This document shows, in pieces, positions 55,596 through 63,999 of a DNA stretch of 64,000 nt (its first letter is position 1; the number at the start of each line of letters is the position of its first letter). The stretch lies in IMG/VR virus record IMGVR_UViG_3300032223_000402, positions 2,218 to 66,217 of that record; one strand, given 5' to 3'. The stretch comes from a virus (Duplodnaviria > Caudoviricetes). A program made the translations under genes and the position numbers. The notes beneath the pieces are model-generated. The model made no database searches. It was not told where the DNA came from and saw nothing but the letters and a program-made list of their open reading frames with translations.

Positions 55596-56703
55596 CATTT
55601 CTGTTGTGTTCTAACACGTCCTGCATTTCTCTACGCATTAGTACTAGTTCATCTAAAGATTTACTGTTAATAAAATCAATAATTTCAAATATTTGCATCA
55701 TACGGTCGGTGTGATTTTCTATTTGATCGTAATCTTCATTCCACCATTGACTAAAAGTTTTAAATCCTAGTTTTTGTAAATACTCTAAGGTATATGGAGG
55801 TGCTACTAGTACGAATGGAATGCCTAGTGATAACGGTATTAAAGTTTTTTCACTAAAGTTAGCTGTTGGTTGTGCAAATCTGGTTTCAGTTATCACTGCA
55901 CAGAAACAATCAAGGTAACTTTCTAAAAAATTAAGACTAGCTCTTGGAGCATTGTGATTGGGAATATACACATCGGTTGGATTTGATACTTCCATACAGT
56001 AATCGAACTCAATACTAAAAATTTTAGATTCTAGGATCTTTGCACCTTCTTCTAATCTTGATTTAATTGTTTCGTCTATGTCGAACCAGACATTGTCTTT
56101 TAGATCTTCAAAAGTTGATTTCAAATGCCAGCTAAATGTTCCATCAAGTTTTGCCATCCAGCTCATTATAATATGCCGATGCGGAGTATAACGCCAATTA
56201 CCGCACCAAAACTTTTTAGTGATTTCTTTATCGATATTAATTCTATCATCGGTATAATCTTGTCTTAGAAAAAAATCTAGGCATTTTAAACTTAGACGAG
56301 GATAAGAAAGGCAACTCATATTATAATCGCCTGTATACACAGTAATGTCTAAGTTATATTTTTCTGCAAAGATTGAAATACTATCGAGCTCTATTGCACG
56401 TAGGTTAGTTTCGTTATCGCGGAATTCGCTATAGAAAGATCGATTAAAAAAATCTTTGTACAGAGACAGCGGTTCGTACAAATATATAGATAGTCCTCGC
56501 TTGCGTAAGCGATTTGCCTGCTTTTCAGTTAGCCTAAAGTTTTCTAATCTTTTTATTTTACCAGTACCACTAAAAATAAAAAATGGTTCAGTGACATCTC
56601 TTAAAAAAGACTTCTGTATTTTTTTATAAAGGAATCCTTCATTGTTCGGCGTATCGATAGGAAGGTTTTTCCAGAATAACTCGTGTACGTGATCGTCAGA
56701 CAT
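55558..56703 (-). CDS. Putative glycosyltransferase-like protein (GT10-like motif)
   Basis: NWRY.PHR and VITET.....NFSEKT..P...PFVL......LE.LQ.LGFKTF..WW.EDYD. Confidence 0.5.
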   Translation of the reverse strand: MSDDHVHELFWKNLPIDTPNNEGFLYKKIQKSFLRDVTEPFFIFSGTGKIKRLENFRLTEKQANRLRKRGLSIYLYEPLSLYKDFFNRSFYSEFRDNETNLRAIELDSISIFAEKYNLDITVYTGDYNMSCLSYPRLSLKCLDFFLRQDYTDDRINIDKEITKKFWCGNWRYTPHRHIIMSWMAKLDGTFSWHLKSTFEDLKDNVWFDIDETIKSRLEEGAKILESKIFSIEFDYCMEVSNPTDVYIPNHNAPRASLNFLESYLDCFCAVITETRFAQPTANFSEKTLIPLSLGIPFVLVAPPYTLEYLQKLGFKTFSQWWNEDYDQIENHTDRMMQIFEIIDFINSKSLDELVLMRREMQDVLEHNRNVMKEFRSNSVVL

Positions 56704-57193
56704 TTTTTATTCCCGTGATTTGTAAAGTGTAACGATCTAGCAATCCTATATTACTAGCAGCGTGAGAAGCATCGTTATTCCAAAGAACATAGTCGCCTTT
56801 TTTATAATCTACAACAGCAACGCCTTCTATTTCAAAATAGTGTCCGGGTTTCCAATCATCTAAGAATACAATAGCTCTCCACACGTCTTTTCTTTCTACA
56901 TTAAACACCTGACAATAACGTGAGAAATGATCTGCGTGTGTGGGCATAACAACGCCAGTAGTCATTCTATAGAAAACAAATCCGCAGTTATTTAGGCCTA
57001 TTTCGTTGGCAACATCATTACACCAATGCGGCATAGGATTTGTACTGTCGTACATCAGACCTGTAAAGTATTCATTAGTATAACCGGCAGCTCTCCATTC
57101 TGTTTCTTCTTCGTGAGTAAGCGGTTGTCTTATATAGTTGAAAGACTTAAATGAATCGTCCCACTGCGTGAGTATATGTCCTTTAGTCCACAT
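56696..57193 (-). CDS. Putative 2OG-Fe(II)/cupin oxygenase
   Basis: MPTHAD (HxD), distal H.A.N.G...RYTLQITG. Confidence 0.6.
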   Translation of the reverse strand: MWTKGHILTQWDDSFKSFNYIRQPLTHEEETEWRAAGYTNEYFTGLMYDSTNPMPHWCNDVANEIGLNNCGFVFYRMTTGVVMPTHADHFSRYCQVFNVERKDVWRAIVFLDDWKPGHYFEIEGVAVVDYKKGDYVLWNNDASHAASNIGLLDRYTLQITGIKNV

Positions 57194-58145
57194 TTCTTTC
57201 TAGATCCAAAGTAACACAATGAAAGCATCCGCCGAGCGTTCGGCTATGACGCATTGGTAGCATTGCACACTCTATTCCTTTTTCTTGTAATAGCTTTCTA
57301 AGATTATGTTGATGTTCTTCTAACACAACTAAAGTTGGCGATACACTTAATAAGTTTACATTAATCCAAGTTGATGCGTGGCAGTATCCTGGGTAGTGTC
57401 CGATATCTACAGGCTCAGGAGCCCAGATGACATCCCAGTTACGGAAGTACTCTGGTAGTTGGTCAATGCTTTTTATCCTACTAGGATTTAATAACATTAG
57501 GCCTTCTCGTAAAAATGCAACAGTGCTGTCGATGTGCATATAGCTATAGACATTTTCCAATGTATGTACTTTTGCTTTAACTATGTTATTCAAATAATCT
57601 GCTCCGGCTTTGTTGCCGCTGTTTGACACAAGGTATAGAAGATGGTTGTTGGCCTTGATAACATTCGCAGCATCAAACTTAGGATATGTTTCATTCAATG
57701 CTAGGATATCAGGATTGCCTACACAGAGTTCGTTATAAACATCATCACCTTGATAATTTGGAATTTCTACAATATATTTTAAATGTTCTGCATACGCTAG
57801 ATATTCTTTGTTTCTAGATTGTAAGCTCATTGGAGCAACAATAGATTCTCGTCCGTAGGTTAGCACAGTATCTCTAGGACAATAGTTATAATAATTTACA
57901 GTATTTCTTTGTGGCCTAACAACGTCTACTGAACATTTTGTTAAAAAATCTGCAAATGTTTCTAGGTCTTCGTTGGCTTCGTCAATGACTTGCTGAGGAT
58001 AGGGTCCTGATTTAATTGTAGATTCGTCCCCGACATCAGCATAATTTACTGTTCTAAGACTCTTATCTAACGTAGGGATCTGTGCATAGTCGGCAACGCC
58101 TACTACGATCTTTTTCAGTGTGCCCCATTCGTTTATTGTTGACAT
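57183..58145 (-). CDS. Amidinotransferase (glycine/inosamine-phosphate amidinotransferase family)
   Basis: NEW..L..IVVG, CPRD, FDAA, HID and GGCFHC.T.D catalytic motifs. Likely start is the ATG at 58145. Confidence 0.9.
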   Translation of the reverse strand: MSTINEWGTLKKIVVGVADYAQIPTLDKSLRTVNYADVGDESTIKSGPYPQQVIDEANEDLETFADFLTKCSVDVVRPQRNTVNYYNYCPRDTVLTYGRESIVAPMSLQSRNKEYLAYAEHLKYIVEIPNYQGDDVYNELCVGNPDILALNETYPKFDAANVIKANNHLLYLVSNSGNKAGADYLNNIVKAKVHTLENVYSYMHIDSTVAFLREGLMLLNPSRIKSIDQLPEYFRNWDVIWAPEPVDIGHYPGYCHASTWINVNLLSVSPTLVVLEEHQHNLRKLLQEKGIECAMLPMRHSRTLGGCFHCVTLDLERNVD

Positions 58146-58834
58146 ATAATTTCTTTTAAGTGCTTGGCCCAAGCAGTGTGTCCATCTTCGTTAGGATGTC
58201 CGCAATTGAGAAAATATTTTGTGTCTCTGAGTTCTTCTCGTTCAACACAGGCATATTGCCATTTATCACCTAGATATTTCTTGGCAAAATTTTCAGTGGT
58301 GATATTATCTTCGTGTAAAAATCCAAATTCAAAAATCGGAATTTTATATTTAAAATCTACCCCTTGCAGATTTGCTAGATATTCTAAAAAAGATTTATCA
58401 AGAAACTCTGAATGGTTACGTGCAGGTACATCTCCAAATACACTGAACATCATTACAGGAACGCCCATTCCTAACACTCGAGAAATTTGATATTCCCAAT
58501 TATCTAGTAAATCGTTTAACGAAGTATTTTCAAACCATTCATCTCGTTTTTTAGAAAGTTCGGGGTCGACGTAACTTAGAGAAAACTGCGTAGATCTAAA
58601 TAACTTAGATTCAAAGTATCTTGTAACACCGCTCCATCCTATAATACATAGATTTGGTTTATATTTCTTAACTAATCGTTGGGCAGTTTTAACAATGGTT
58701 TCGTTGTCTGATCCTGGATTGGCACCGACTATTACTTCAGCATTTAATAATCGTCCTAGCACATACGGCCAGGTAACTGCAGGATCGATATCCCAACCCT
58801 TGGTCCAGCTATCTCCCACACATAAGATTTTCAT
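58133..58834 (-). CDS. SGNH/GDSL-like hydrolase or acyltransferase
   Basis: CVGDSWT.G, PG..N and GHPN..GH..WA. Likely start is the ATG at 58834. Confidence 0.7.
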   Translation of the reverse strand: MKILCVGDSWTKGWDIDPAVTWPYVLGRLLNAEVIVGANPGSDNETIVKTAQRLVKKYKPNLCIIGWSGVTRYFESKLFRSTQFSLSYVDPELSKKRDEWFENTSLNDLLDNWEYQISRVLGMGVPVMMFSVFGDVPARNHSEFLDKSFLEYLANLQGVDFKYKIPIFEFGFLHEDNITTENFAKKYLGDKWQYACVEREELRDTKYFLNCGHPNEDGHTAWAKHLKEIICQQ

Positions 58835-59418
58835 TTGAATACAGCCATATCTGGTAAGTGCGGGTAGTCTTTGTATTCCCAAGTTCTAGGAATAGTCCTT
58901 GCAGCTTCTTCAAATTTTTCTAATCCTAGTTGAGCAGTCTCTGGAGTCATATAATAATGGTACCCAACAGTGTCTATATTTTGTTCAGCCCACGGTGTAT
59001 TTCGTTCTCTGCCATCGTAGACCATTTTTTTCAAAGCATTATAGATCTTTACGTCATCAGTTAGTATTGCCCCGCCGCGACCTAGATTTAGATGTTTTTT
59101 AAATTGAAAACTTAGGCACATCAGAGTCCCAGGTATGTAACCATTGCGTTGCCAAAACACCGCAGCATCGATTACATTAGTATTCCCTAGGCAATAATAA
59201 TCTTTCCAAAGGCGGTCTTCGAACTTCCATTTGATATTTAATTTTTCTAGTGTAAATGGAATTGATATATAGGTGTTACTTGGACAGGTGGCTGCAACAA
59301 CTTTTTGATGTCTTAGGCAAAGCTCTATTGCGTGTGTGCAACAATCAGTAGATACCGCATAAGGGGCACCAAAAAAATCTGCGATCTTATTTTCAAATTC
59401 TTCGACTATTTTAAACAT
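58831..59418 (-). CDS. Shortened DegT/DnrJ/EryC1/StrS-family PLP aminotransferase
   Basis: FE..IA...G..YAV....CT.A, IDAA, SFQ..KHL..G.GG motifs. Only 195 aa. Confidence 0.8.
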   Translation of the reverse strand: MFKIVEEFENKIADFFGAPYAVSTDCCTHAIELCLRHQKVVAATCPSNTYISIPFTLEKLNIKWKFEDRLWKDYYCLGNTNVIDAAVFWQRNGYIPGTLMCLSFQFKKHLNLGRGGAILTDDVKIYNALKKMVYDGRERNTPWAEQNIDTVGYHYYMTPETAQLGLEKFEEAARTIPRTWEYKDYPHLPDMAVFK

Positions 59419-59422
59419 ACCA

Positions 59423-59440
59423 TATTTATTGATATAAATA
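59423..59440. promoter_or_regulatory. Back-to-back late promoter-like motifs
   Basis: TAAATA on the minus strand (59423-59428) and a perfect TATAAATA on the plus strand (59433-59440), in a 52-bp divergent gap. Confidence 0.65.
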
Positions 59441-59470
59441 TCTGGTCAGTTTATTTTTCAAAGAGGTTAT

Positions 59471-60703
59471 ATGAAGATTGGTTTTATTGGTCTAGGTAAA
59501 TTAGGGTTTCCCTGCGCTGAAGCAATAGCAAACAAAGGTCACAATGTGACGGGATACGATGTTCGTACAGTCGATCCAACAATGCTAATAGCAATTAAAA
59601 AAACAATTAAAGAAGCGGTACAAGATAGAGAAATTGTTTTTATCGCAGTGCCAACACCGCACGATCCTGCCTATGATGGGCGCACACCAACTGCTCACTT
59701 GACACCAAAAGACTTTTCATATGACATAGTAAAACAATGCCTCGAAGAAGCCAACAAGCATATGAATAAGGGTCAGCTATTGGTTCTTATCTCTACAGTG
59801 TTACCTGGAACTGTAAGACGTGAATTTGTACAGTATGTTACCAATACTAGATTCATTTACAATCCTTATCTCATCGCTATGGGATCGGTGGCTTGGGATA
59901 TGGTCAATCCTGAAATGGTAATGATCGGAACCGAAGACGGAACCGAAACAGGCGATGCAAAACAGTTAGTAGACTTTTATAAAACCGTTATGGAAAACGA
60001 TCCTAGATATGTTATTGGTACTTGGGACGAATGTGAATGTATTAAAGTTTTTTATAATACATTTATCAGCGCAAAGATTGGTCTTGTTAATATGATACAA
60101 GATGTTGCTATCAAACAAGGTAATATAAATGTTGACGTAGTAACAGACGCATTGGCAAAATCAACAATGCGTATTATGGGACCTCAGTATATGAAGGCAG
60201 GTATGGGAGACGGCGGTGCTTGCCATCCTCGTGATAATATTGCATTACGTTATATGGCAGATAATCTTGATCTAGGTTATGATCTATTCGATGCTATTAT
60301 GAATGCTCGTGAAGTGCAGGCAAAAAATCTTGCCAAAGAATTAGTTAAACACGCCAAAGAAAATAAGATGAGTATCTTTATTCACGGTAAGGCTTATAAA
60401 CCAGATGTAGAATACTGTGACGGAAGTTATAGTTTGCTAGTCGGACACTATTGCACAGAACTAGGTTACCCTCCGATTTACATTGATCCGTTAACAGGCG
60501 ATGATATGGGAGGAGTCTACGGAGTTGTCTTACTGGCACATAACAAGAAAGTCACCTATGAGTACAGAGGCTTTGAAGAACTTCAAGGATTATATTGTAC
60601 AATAGAAAAAGGGTCAATCGTAATTGACCCTTGGAGAATGTTTGATCTAAACAACAAAGATTACAAAGTAATCCACTACGGTAACACTAGAGTATTGTCT
60701 TAG
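59471..60703 (+). CDS. UDP-glucose/GDP-mannose dehydrogenase family protein
   Basis: GFIGLGKLG Rossmann motif, AVPTP, STV.PG, E.IK...N, GG.C.PRD, G.AYKP. Confidence 0.93.
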   Translation: MKIGFIGLGKLGFPCAEAIANKGHNVTGYDVRTVDPTMLIAIKKTIKEAVQDREIVFIAVPTPHDPAYDGRTPTAHLTPKDFSYDIVKQCLEEANKHMNKGQLLVLISTVLPGTVRREFVQYVTNTRFIYNPYLIAMGSVAWDMVNPEMVMIGTEDGTETGDAKQLVDFYKTVMENDPRYVIGTWDECECIKVFYNTFISAKIGLVNMIQDVAIKQGNINVDVVTDALAKSTMRIMGPQYMKAGMGDGGACHPRDNIALRYMADNLDLGYDLFDAIMNAREVQAKNLAKELVKHAKENKMSIFIHGKAYKPDVEYCDGSYSLLVGHYCTELGYPPIYIDPLTGDDMGGVYGVVLLAHNKKVTYEYRGFEELQGLYCTIEKGSIVIDPWRMFDLNNKDYKVIHYGNTRVLS

Positions 60704-60992
60704 TCGAATCGGCGATATCCTTTTTCAACTTTTCAATATCTACTTTAAAATCCATTTTCTTAATATCTTCTTTATATTCCTGCATCGTTTCTAATAAACG
60801 ATCAGCAATAGAGTCAGGGTCAGCATCTCTAAGCTGTTCCTTGACATCTATTTGCCAAACTCGCCCATCAACAAACTCTATATGAACTTGCTCCAGATAA
60901 GCTACTGGCATTGTATTCATATACAGGTCTTCGAAAACTTCTGGCCACTCTTTGACTAGGTGTCGAGGTGGCCTAAATAACGGATTAGGCAC
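60687..60992 (-). CDS. Hypothetical protein
   Basis: 101-aa ORF in a tightly packed minus-strand run. Confidence 0.65.
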   Translation of the reverse strand: MPNPLFRPPRHLVKEWPEVFEDLYMNTMPVAYLEQVHIEFVDGRVWQIDVKEQLRDADPDSIADRLLETMQEYKEDIKKMDFKVDIEKLKKDIADSTKTIL

Positions 60993-61620
60993 TTGCTGAC
61001 TCTGCTACCTTTGCGGATTTTTTCTTTGGTGGATCTAATTCGTCTGCTTGTTTACGCAATCTTGCAGCTTCTTTATACATAGCGTCCGCTTGGCTACGAT
61101 AAGATTTTGCAATGTCTAAATCAGATAACACCCCGTCTTGTGGTGCTTGTGCTCTTGCCGGAGCTTCTTCGGTCTTTGTTTCAGCAACCGTTGGTGCCTG
61201 TTGTGCAGGAACACTGGTTGACGAGCCGCCCGATACGAAGTTGCACAGATCATCGATAGCACAGTTCTTTTGTTCAGCGATCAAAACATTCAATTGATCT
61301 AGCTGAATTTCTGTATTAGGTGATGGAGTCATAATCACAGTGTCTGTTGCTACTTTCTGCAAACGATTATCAGCCTGCATTGCACGTAGCATAGGACGCC
61401 CGTCTGGGAACGGACGAATGTGCATAATTTCTCCAAACTCAAATGCATCTTGAGCTTGATCAGTTTCCACTAACTGCATAATTGCATCGTGGTAAGCATC
61501 TGGCAATGTTGAGGTAGGCAACACTAACGCCGTATTTGCTTCACCTGGCAAAGTTCTAAACACTACTAGAACCTTAACTCCAGTATTTTTAATTTTACCT
61601 ATATGTTTAAGGCTACGCAT
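60985..61620 (-). CDS. Hypothetical protein
   Basis: 211-aa ORF with a GGAGG SD and a C-terminal coiled coil. Confidence 0.75.
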   Translation of the reverse strand: MRSLKHIGKIKNTGVKVLVVFRTLPGEANTALVLPTSTLPDAYHDAIMQLVETDQAQDAFEFGEIMHIRPFPDGRPMLRAMQADNRLQKVATDTVIMTPSPNTEIQLDQLNVLIAEQKNCAIDDLCNFVSGGSSTSVPAQQAPTVAETKTEEAPARAQAPQDGVLSDLDIAKSYRSQADAMYKEAARLRKQADELDPPKKKSAKVAESASA

Positions 61621-61845
61621 TTATGCCTCCTTTTTAGCAACCGCTTCTAAGAAAGCATTTAGTTTGTTGAATGTCTTACCAACTGCTTCTAATTCGTTTG
61701 CTTTGAACGCTCCTCTTGTACTAGCCACATCAATGATGCTTCTTAGTGCAGCCAAATCACTGATGTTCAGATCAGGTGCTGGTTGTTGTGCTTCTGCCGC
61801 AGGTGCTTCTTGTTCTGGGGCTTCGACTTTATTTTCTTCTGTCAT
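61621..61845 (-). CDS. Hypothetical protein
   Basis: AGGAG SD. L.ISDL.....IIDVA..RGAFKA.E...VG pattern seen in small phage proteins. Confidence 0.75.
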   Translation of the reverse strand: MTEENKVEAPEQEAPAAEAQQPAPDLNISDLAALRSIIDVASTRGAFKANELEAVGKTFNKLNAFLEAVAKKEA

Positions 61846-62118
61846 TTAGTTTCTCCTTAAATGTGGACAGGCTAACATAAAGTATGTTAGTTCTTTTTCA
61901 TCTTCAAATGCTGCAAATGTGACTGATTTTAAAGATCCAGTTTGATCGATAGTAGGATATCTCGCGATGCAGTATCTGCCCTTGAGCTTATTCTGTATCC
62001 AATCTTCTACGACTCCTTCAAACAACTCAGAATCGCTGATTTTAATTTTAGCGAAATGAACTGGCAGAAAACCCAGTTTTCTTTTCTTTAAAACGTCAAT
62101 AGGATTGAGATCAAACAT
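61846..62118 (-). CDS. Hypothetical protein
   Basis: 90-aa ORF with TATAAATA 7 nt upstream. Confidence 0.7.
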   Translation of the reverse strand: MFDLNPIDVLKKRKLGFLPVHFAKIKISDSELFEGVVEDWIQNKLKGRYCIARYPTIDQTGSLKSVTFAAFEDEKELTYFMLACPHLRRN

Positions 62119-62125
62119 AGTGTGA

Positions 62126-62133
62126 TATTTATA
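62126..62133 (-). promoter_or_regulatory. Late promoter TATAAATA
   Basis: Perfect T4 late consensus in an intergenic gap. Confidence 0.65.
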
Positions 62134-62144
62134 GGGTTGGGGGA

Positions 62145-62543
62145 TTAGGATGCGGATTCTTGGCTAAGTTTTTTTGCCAAGGCTTTGTTATACCCCATCT
62201 TACGGATATCTCCGGAAAACAGGTAAAGTTCAAATGCTGCTTTTTCTTTCATAACTGTAATAGATTTTTTTGTTATATGAAATGGGGAATCGATAAAATT
62301 ATCGAGCCATACTAAAATCTGTGGGGTCACTGAAAAGTCCTTAGGGAAGTCTACTTTATATGTTTTTATTTTAGCATACTTTTCTAAGAATTCCAATGCG
62401 TGATCAGTCAATCTTAATCCGCCTTGTTCCTTGTTTCTAATGTTCCACCACCATACTGCTCGATATTTCTTGATGGTGTCTTCATCAGCTTCGATGTTTG
62501 CTGCCTGTAAGAACACCTTTGTATAGGCATCCTTTTGGTCCAT
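62145..62543 (-). CDS. Hypothetical protein
   Basis: 132-aa ORF with WW.N.R....GGLRLT motif and an AAGG SD. Confidence 0.7.
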   Translation of the reverse strand: MDQKDAYTKVFLQAANIEADEDTIKKYRAVWWWNIRNKEQGGLRLTDHALEFLEKYAKIKTYKVDFPKDFSVTPQILVWLDNFIDSPFHITKKSITVMKEKAAFELYLFSGDIRKMGYNKALAKKLSQESAS

Positions 62544-62545
62544 TG

Positions 62546-62830
62546 TTATTCTACCTTCTCACCTTGCGTGAGTTTATAAACAGCAAAATCGGTTGTCTTA
62601 AATAACCTATTTAATTTCTTCGCCAAGTTGTAAGCGTGTCCGGGATTACTAAAAGAAACTTTCTTATATTTAGGTCCTGGATAACTAGCCACTAGGCTAC
62701 CGCTCTTTAAATTAAAAGGTTGATCCTTGTAAAATACTGCCCAGATAGCTTCGCTGTCAAGAATCTGTTCAATCTTGAAAGTTTCTTTGTTAGCATACTC
62801 TAACAGTATTTTGGGTTTTGGTCTACTCAT
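62546..62830 (-). CDS. Hypothetical protein
   Basis: 94-aa basic ORF (MSRPKP...GPKYKKVSFSNPGHA). Confidence 0.75.
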   Translation of the reverse strand: MSRPKPKILLEYANKETFKIEQILDSEAIWAVFYKDQPFNLKSGSLVASYPGPKYKKVSFSNPGHAYNLAKKLNRLFKTTDFAVYKLTQGEKVE

Positions 62831-62831
62831 A

Positions 62832-62865
62832 ATATACGTGTCCTAATTAACCACGTATATATTTA
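62832..62865 (-). promoter_or_regulatory. Translation-blocking hairpin overlapping a late promoter
   Basis: ATATACGTG-N11(containing AGGA)-CACGTATAT, 1 nt before the ATG. TAAATA (62860-62865) abuts the 5' arm. Confidence 0.6.
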
Positions 62866-63120
62866 TCCAGGACCGAAGCCGCCTCCATCGAACTTTACAT
62901 CGATTTGAGTGGTTGATTCTTTGATTTCTGCTAGTAATTGATGTATATCGCTAACTGTTTTGCCTAGTTTGGCAGTTAATATGGCTAATTCAGCAGTTAG
63001 CATTCTAGCTTCTTCAATAGAAATGCGAATATCCTTTTGTTGGCTCTTTTCAGCAGCGATTACTCGCTGTATGAGTTTTTCAACACTTGGCAGATTTGTT
63101 GGAATATTATTTTGAGACAT
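62863..63120 (-). CDS. Hypothetical protein
   Basis: 85-aa helical ORF ending in DGGGF. Confidence 0.7.
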   Translation of the reverse strand: MSQNNIPTNLPSVEKLIQRVIAAEKSQQKDIRISIEEARMLTAELAILTAKLGKTVSDIHQLLAEIKESTTQIDVKFDGGGFGPG

Positions 63121-63583
63121 TAGATAACACCGTTTTCATTTCTAACTCAGTCTTAAATGGACCTTTGTATGGATAACGTTGTAGTGTTATCATCTTAGGA
63201 CAGAATGATTTAACCCAACCTTTGTCAAACTTGATTACATAGTAACCGGCACAATACAAACTCTTCGAGTCGTCACTCTTAGTGAACAGTGGTAATTTTC
63301 TTTTAATGTCGAACATAGAATTTTTTGGAGCAGTACTGGATGGATATCCGTGTACTTCATTTGGTTCGGCATTGGTAGATTCTTTAACAATTTTAGCAAT
63401 GAAGAAATCTTTACCAAACTGATCAGTTAGACTCTTTTTAGTTTCATAAATCTTAACGCCTGTTTCATTGCTCAATACAAATCGATTGTCTTCATTCTTT
63501 CTTAGAGTAGCGAACTTCTCACCATCCTTTTCGACGATCCAGAATTTGTCTTTAATAATTGGTTTTGCGTGTAAGTCTGTCAT
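63107..63583 (-). CDS. Hypothetical protein
   Basis: 158-aa ORF with a GGAG SD. LPLFTK...SKS.YCAGYY...FCPK motif. Confidence 0.75.
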   Translation of the reverse strand: MTDLHAKPIIKDKFWIVEKDGEKFATLRKNEDNRFVLSNETGVKIYETKKSLTDQFGKDFFIAKIVKESTNAEPNEVHGYPSSTAPKNSMFDIKRKLPLFTKSDDSKSLYCAGYYVIKFDKGWVKSFCPKMITLQRYPYKGPFKTELEMKTVLSNVSK

Positions 63584-63999
63584 ATGGTTTCTCCAATATT
63601 TGTTTCAGCCATAATATATCTTGCATTCAGTGGCTCAGCATAGCTTTGAGCCTGATCAGCAATCTTTTTAAGATCATAAAGGTTGCAGAACTTAATCAAT
63701 CGAATACCAACTTGGCTGATATTCTTGTTTGCTCCTATAGCAGTGGTAATTGTCTCTGCTATGATCTTCTTAATGTCATCTGGTTGTGCTGACAAATCAA
63801 TCAGTTGACGATTGCGTTGATAGTCTTCTAAGACTCGATGTTCTTTGCCTTCGTGGTCAGCCCACTTCTGTAACATAAGATTGTTCCACGCATAGCCTTT
63901 GGCGTTACGATCTTCGAACGCTTCAGTAAGACCAACTTTGTTTTTAGAACCTTTAGTACGCACACCTGGATACGCCGAGAAGACATTATCACTGGTATC
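63580..63999 (-). CDS. RNase H / 5'-3' flap exonuclease (T4 rnh-like), 5' part outside window
   Basis: The frame is open to the window edge. DTSDNVFSAYPGVR (H3TH motif) and Y.RN..LIDL..QP. Confidence 0.85.
   Translation of the reverse strand, partial: DTSDNVFSAYPGVRTKGSKNKVGLTEAFEDRNAKGYAWNNLMLQKWADHEGKEHRVLEDYQRNRQLIDLSAQPDDIKKIIAETITTAIGANKNISQVGIRLIKFCNLYDLKKIADQAQSYAEPLNARYIMAETNIGETI

Noticed and set aside
43116-60703. Host LPS/capsule island, or eukaryotic giant-virus origin of the window
   Set aside because: Contiguous with phage genes, shares the TAAATA motif, and lacks transport/polymerase genes. gp55, gp46/47 and a contractile baseplate indicate a tailed phage.
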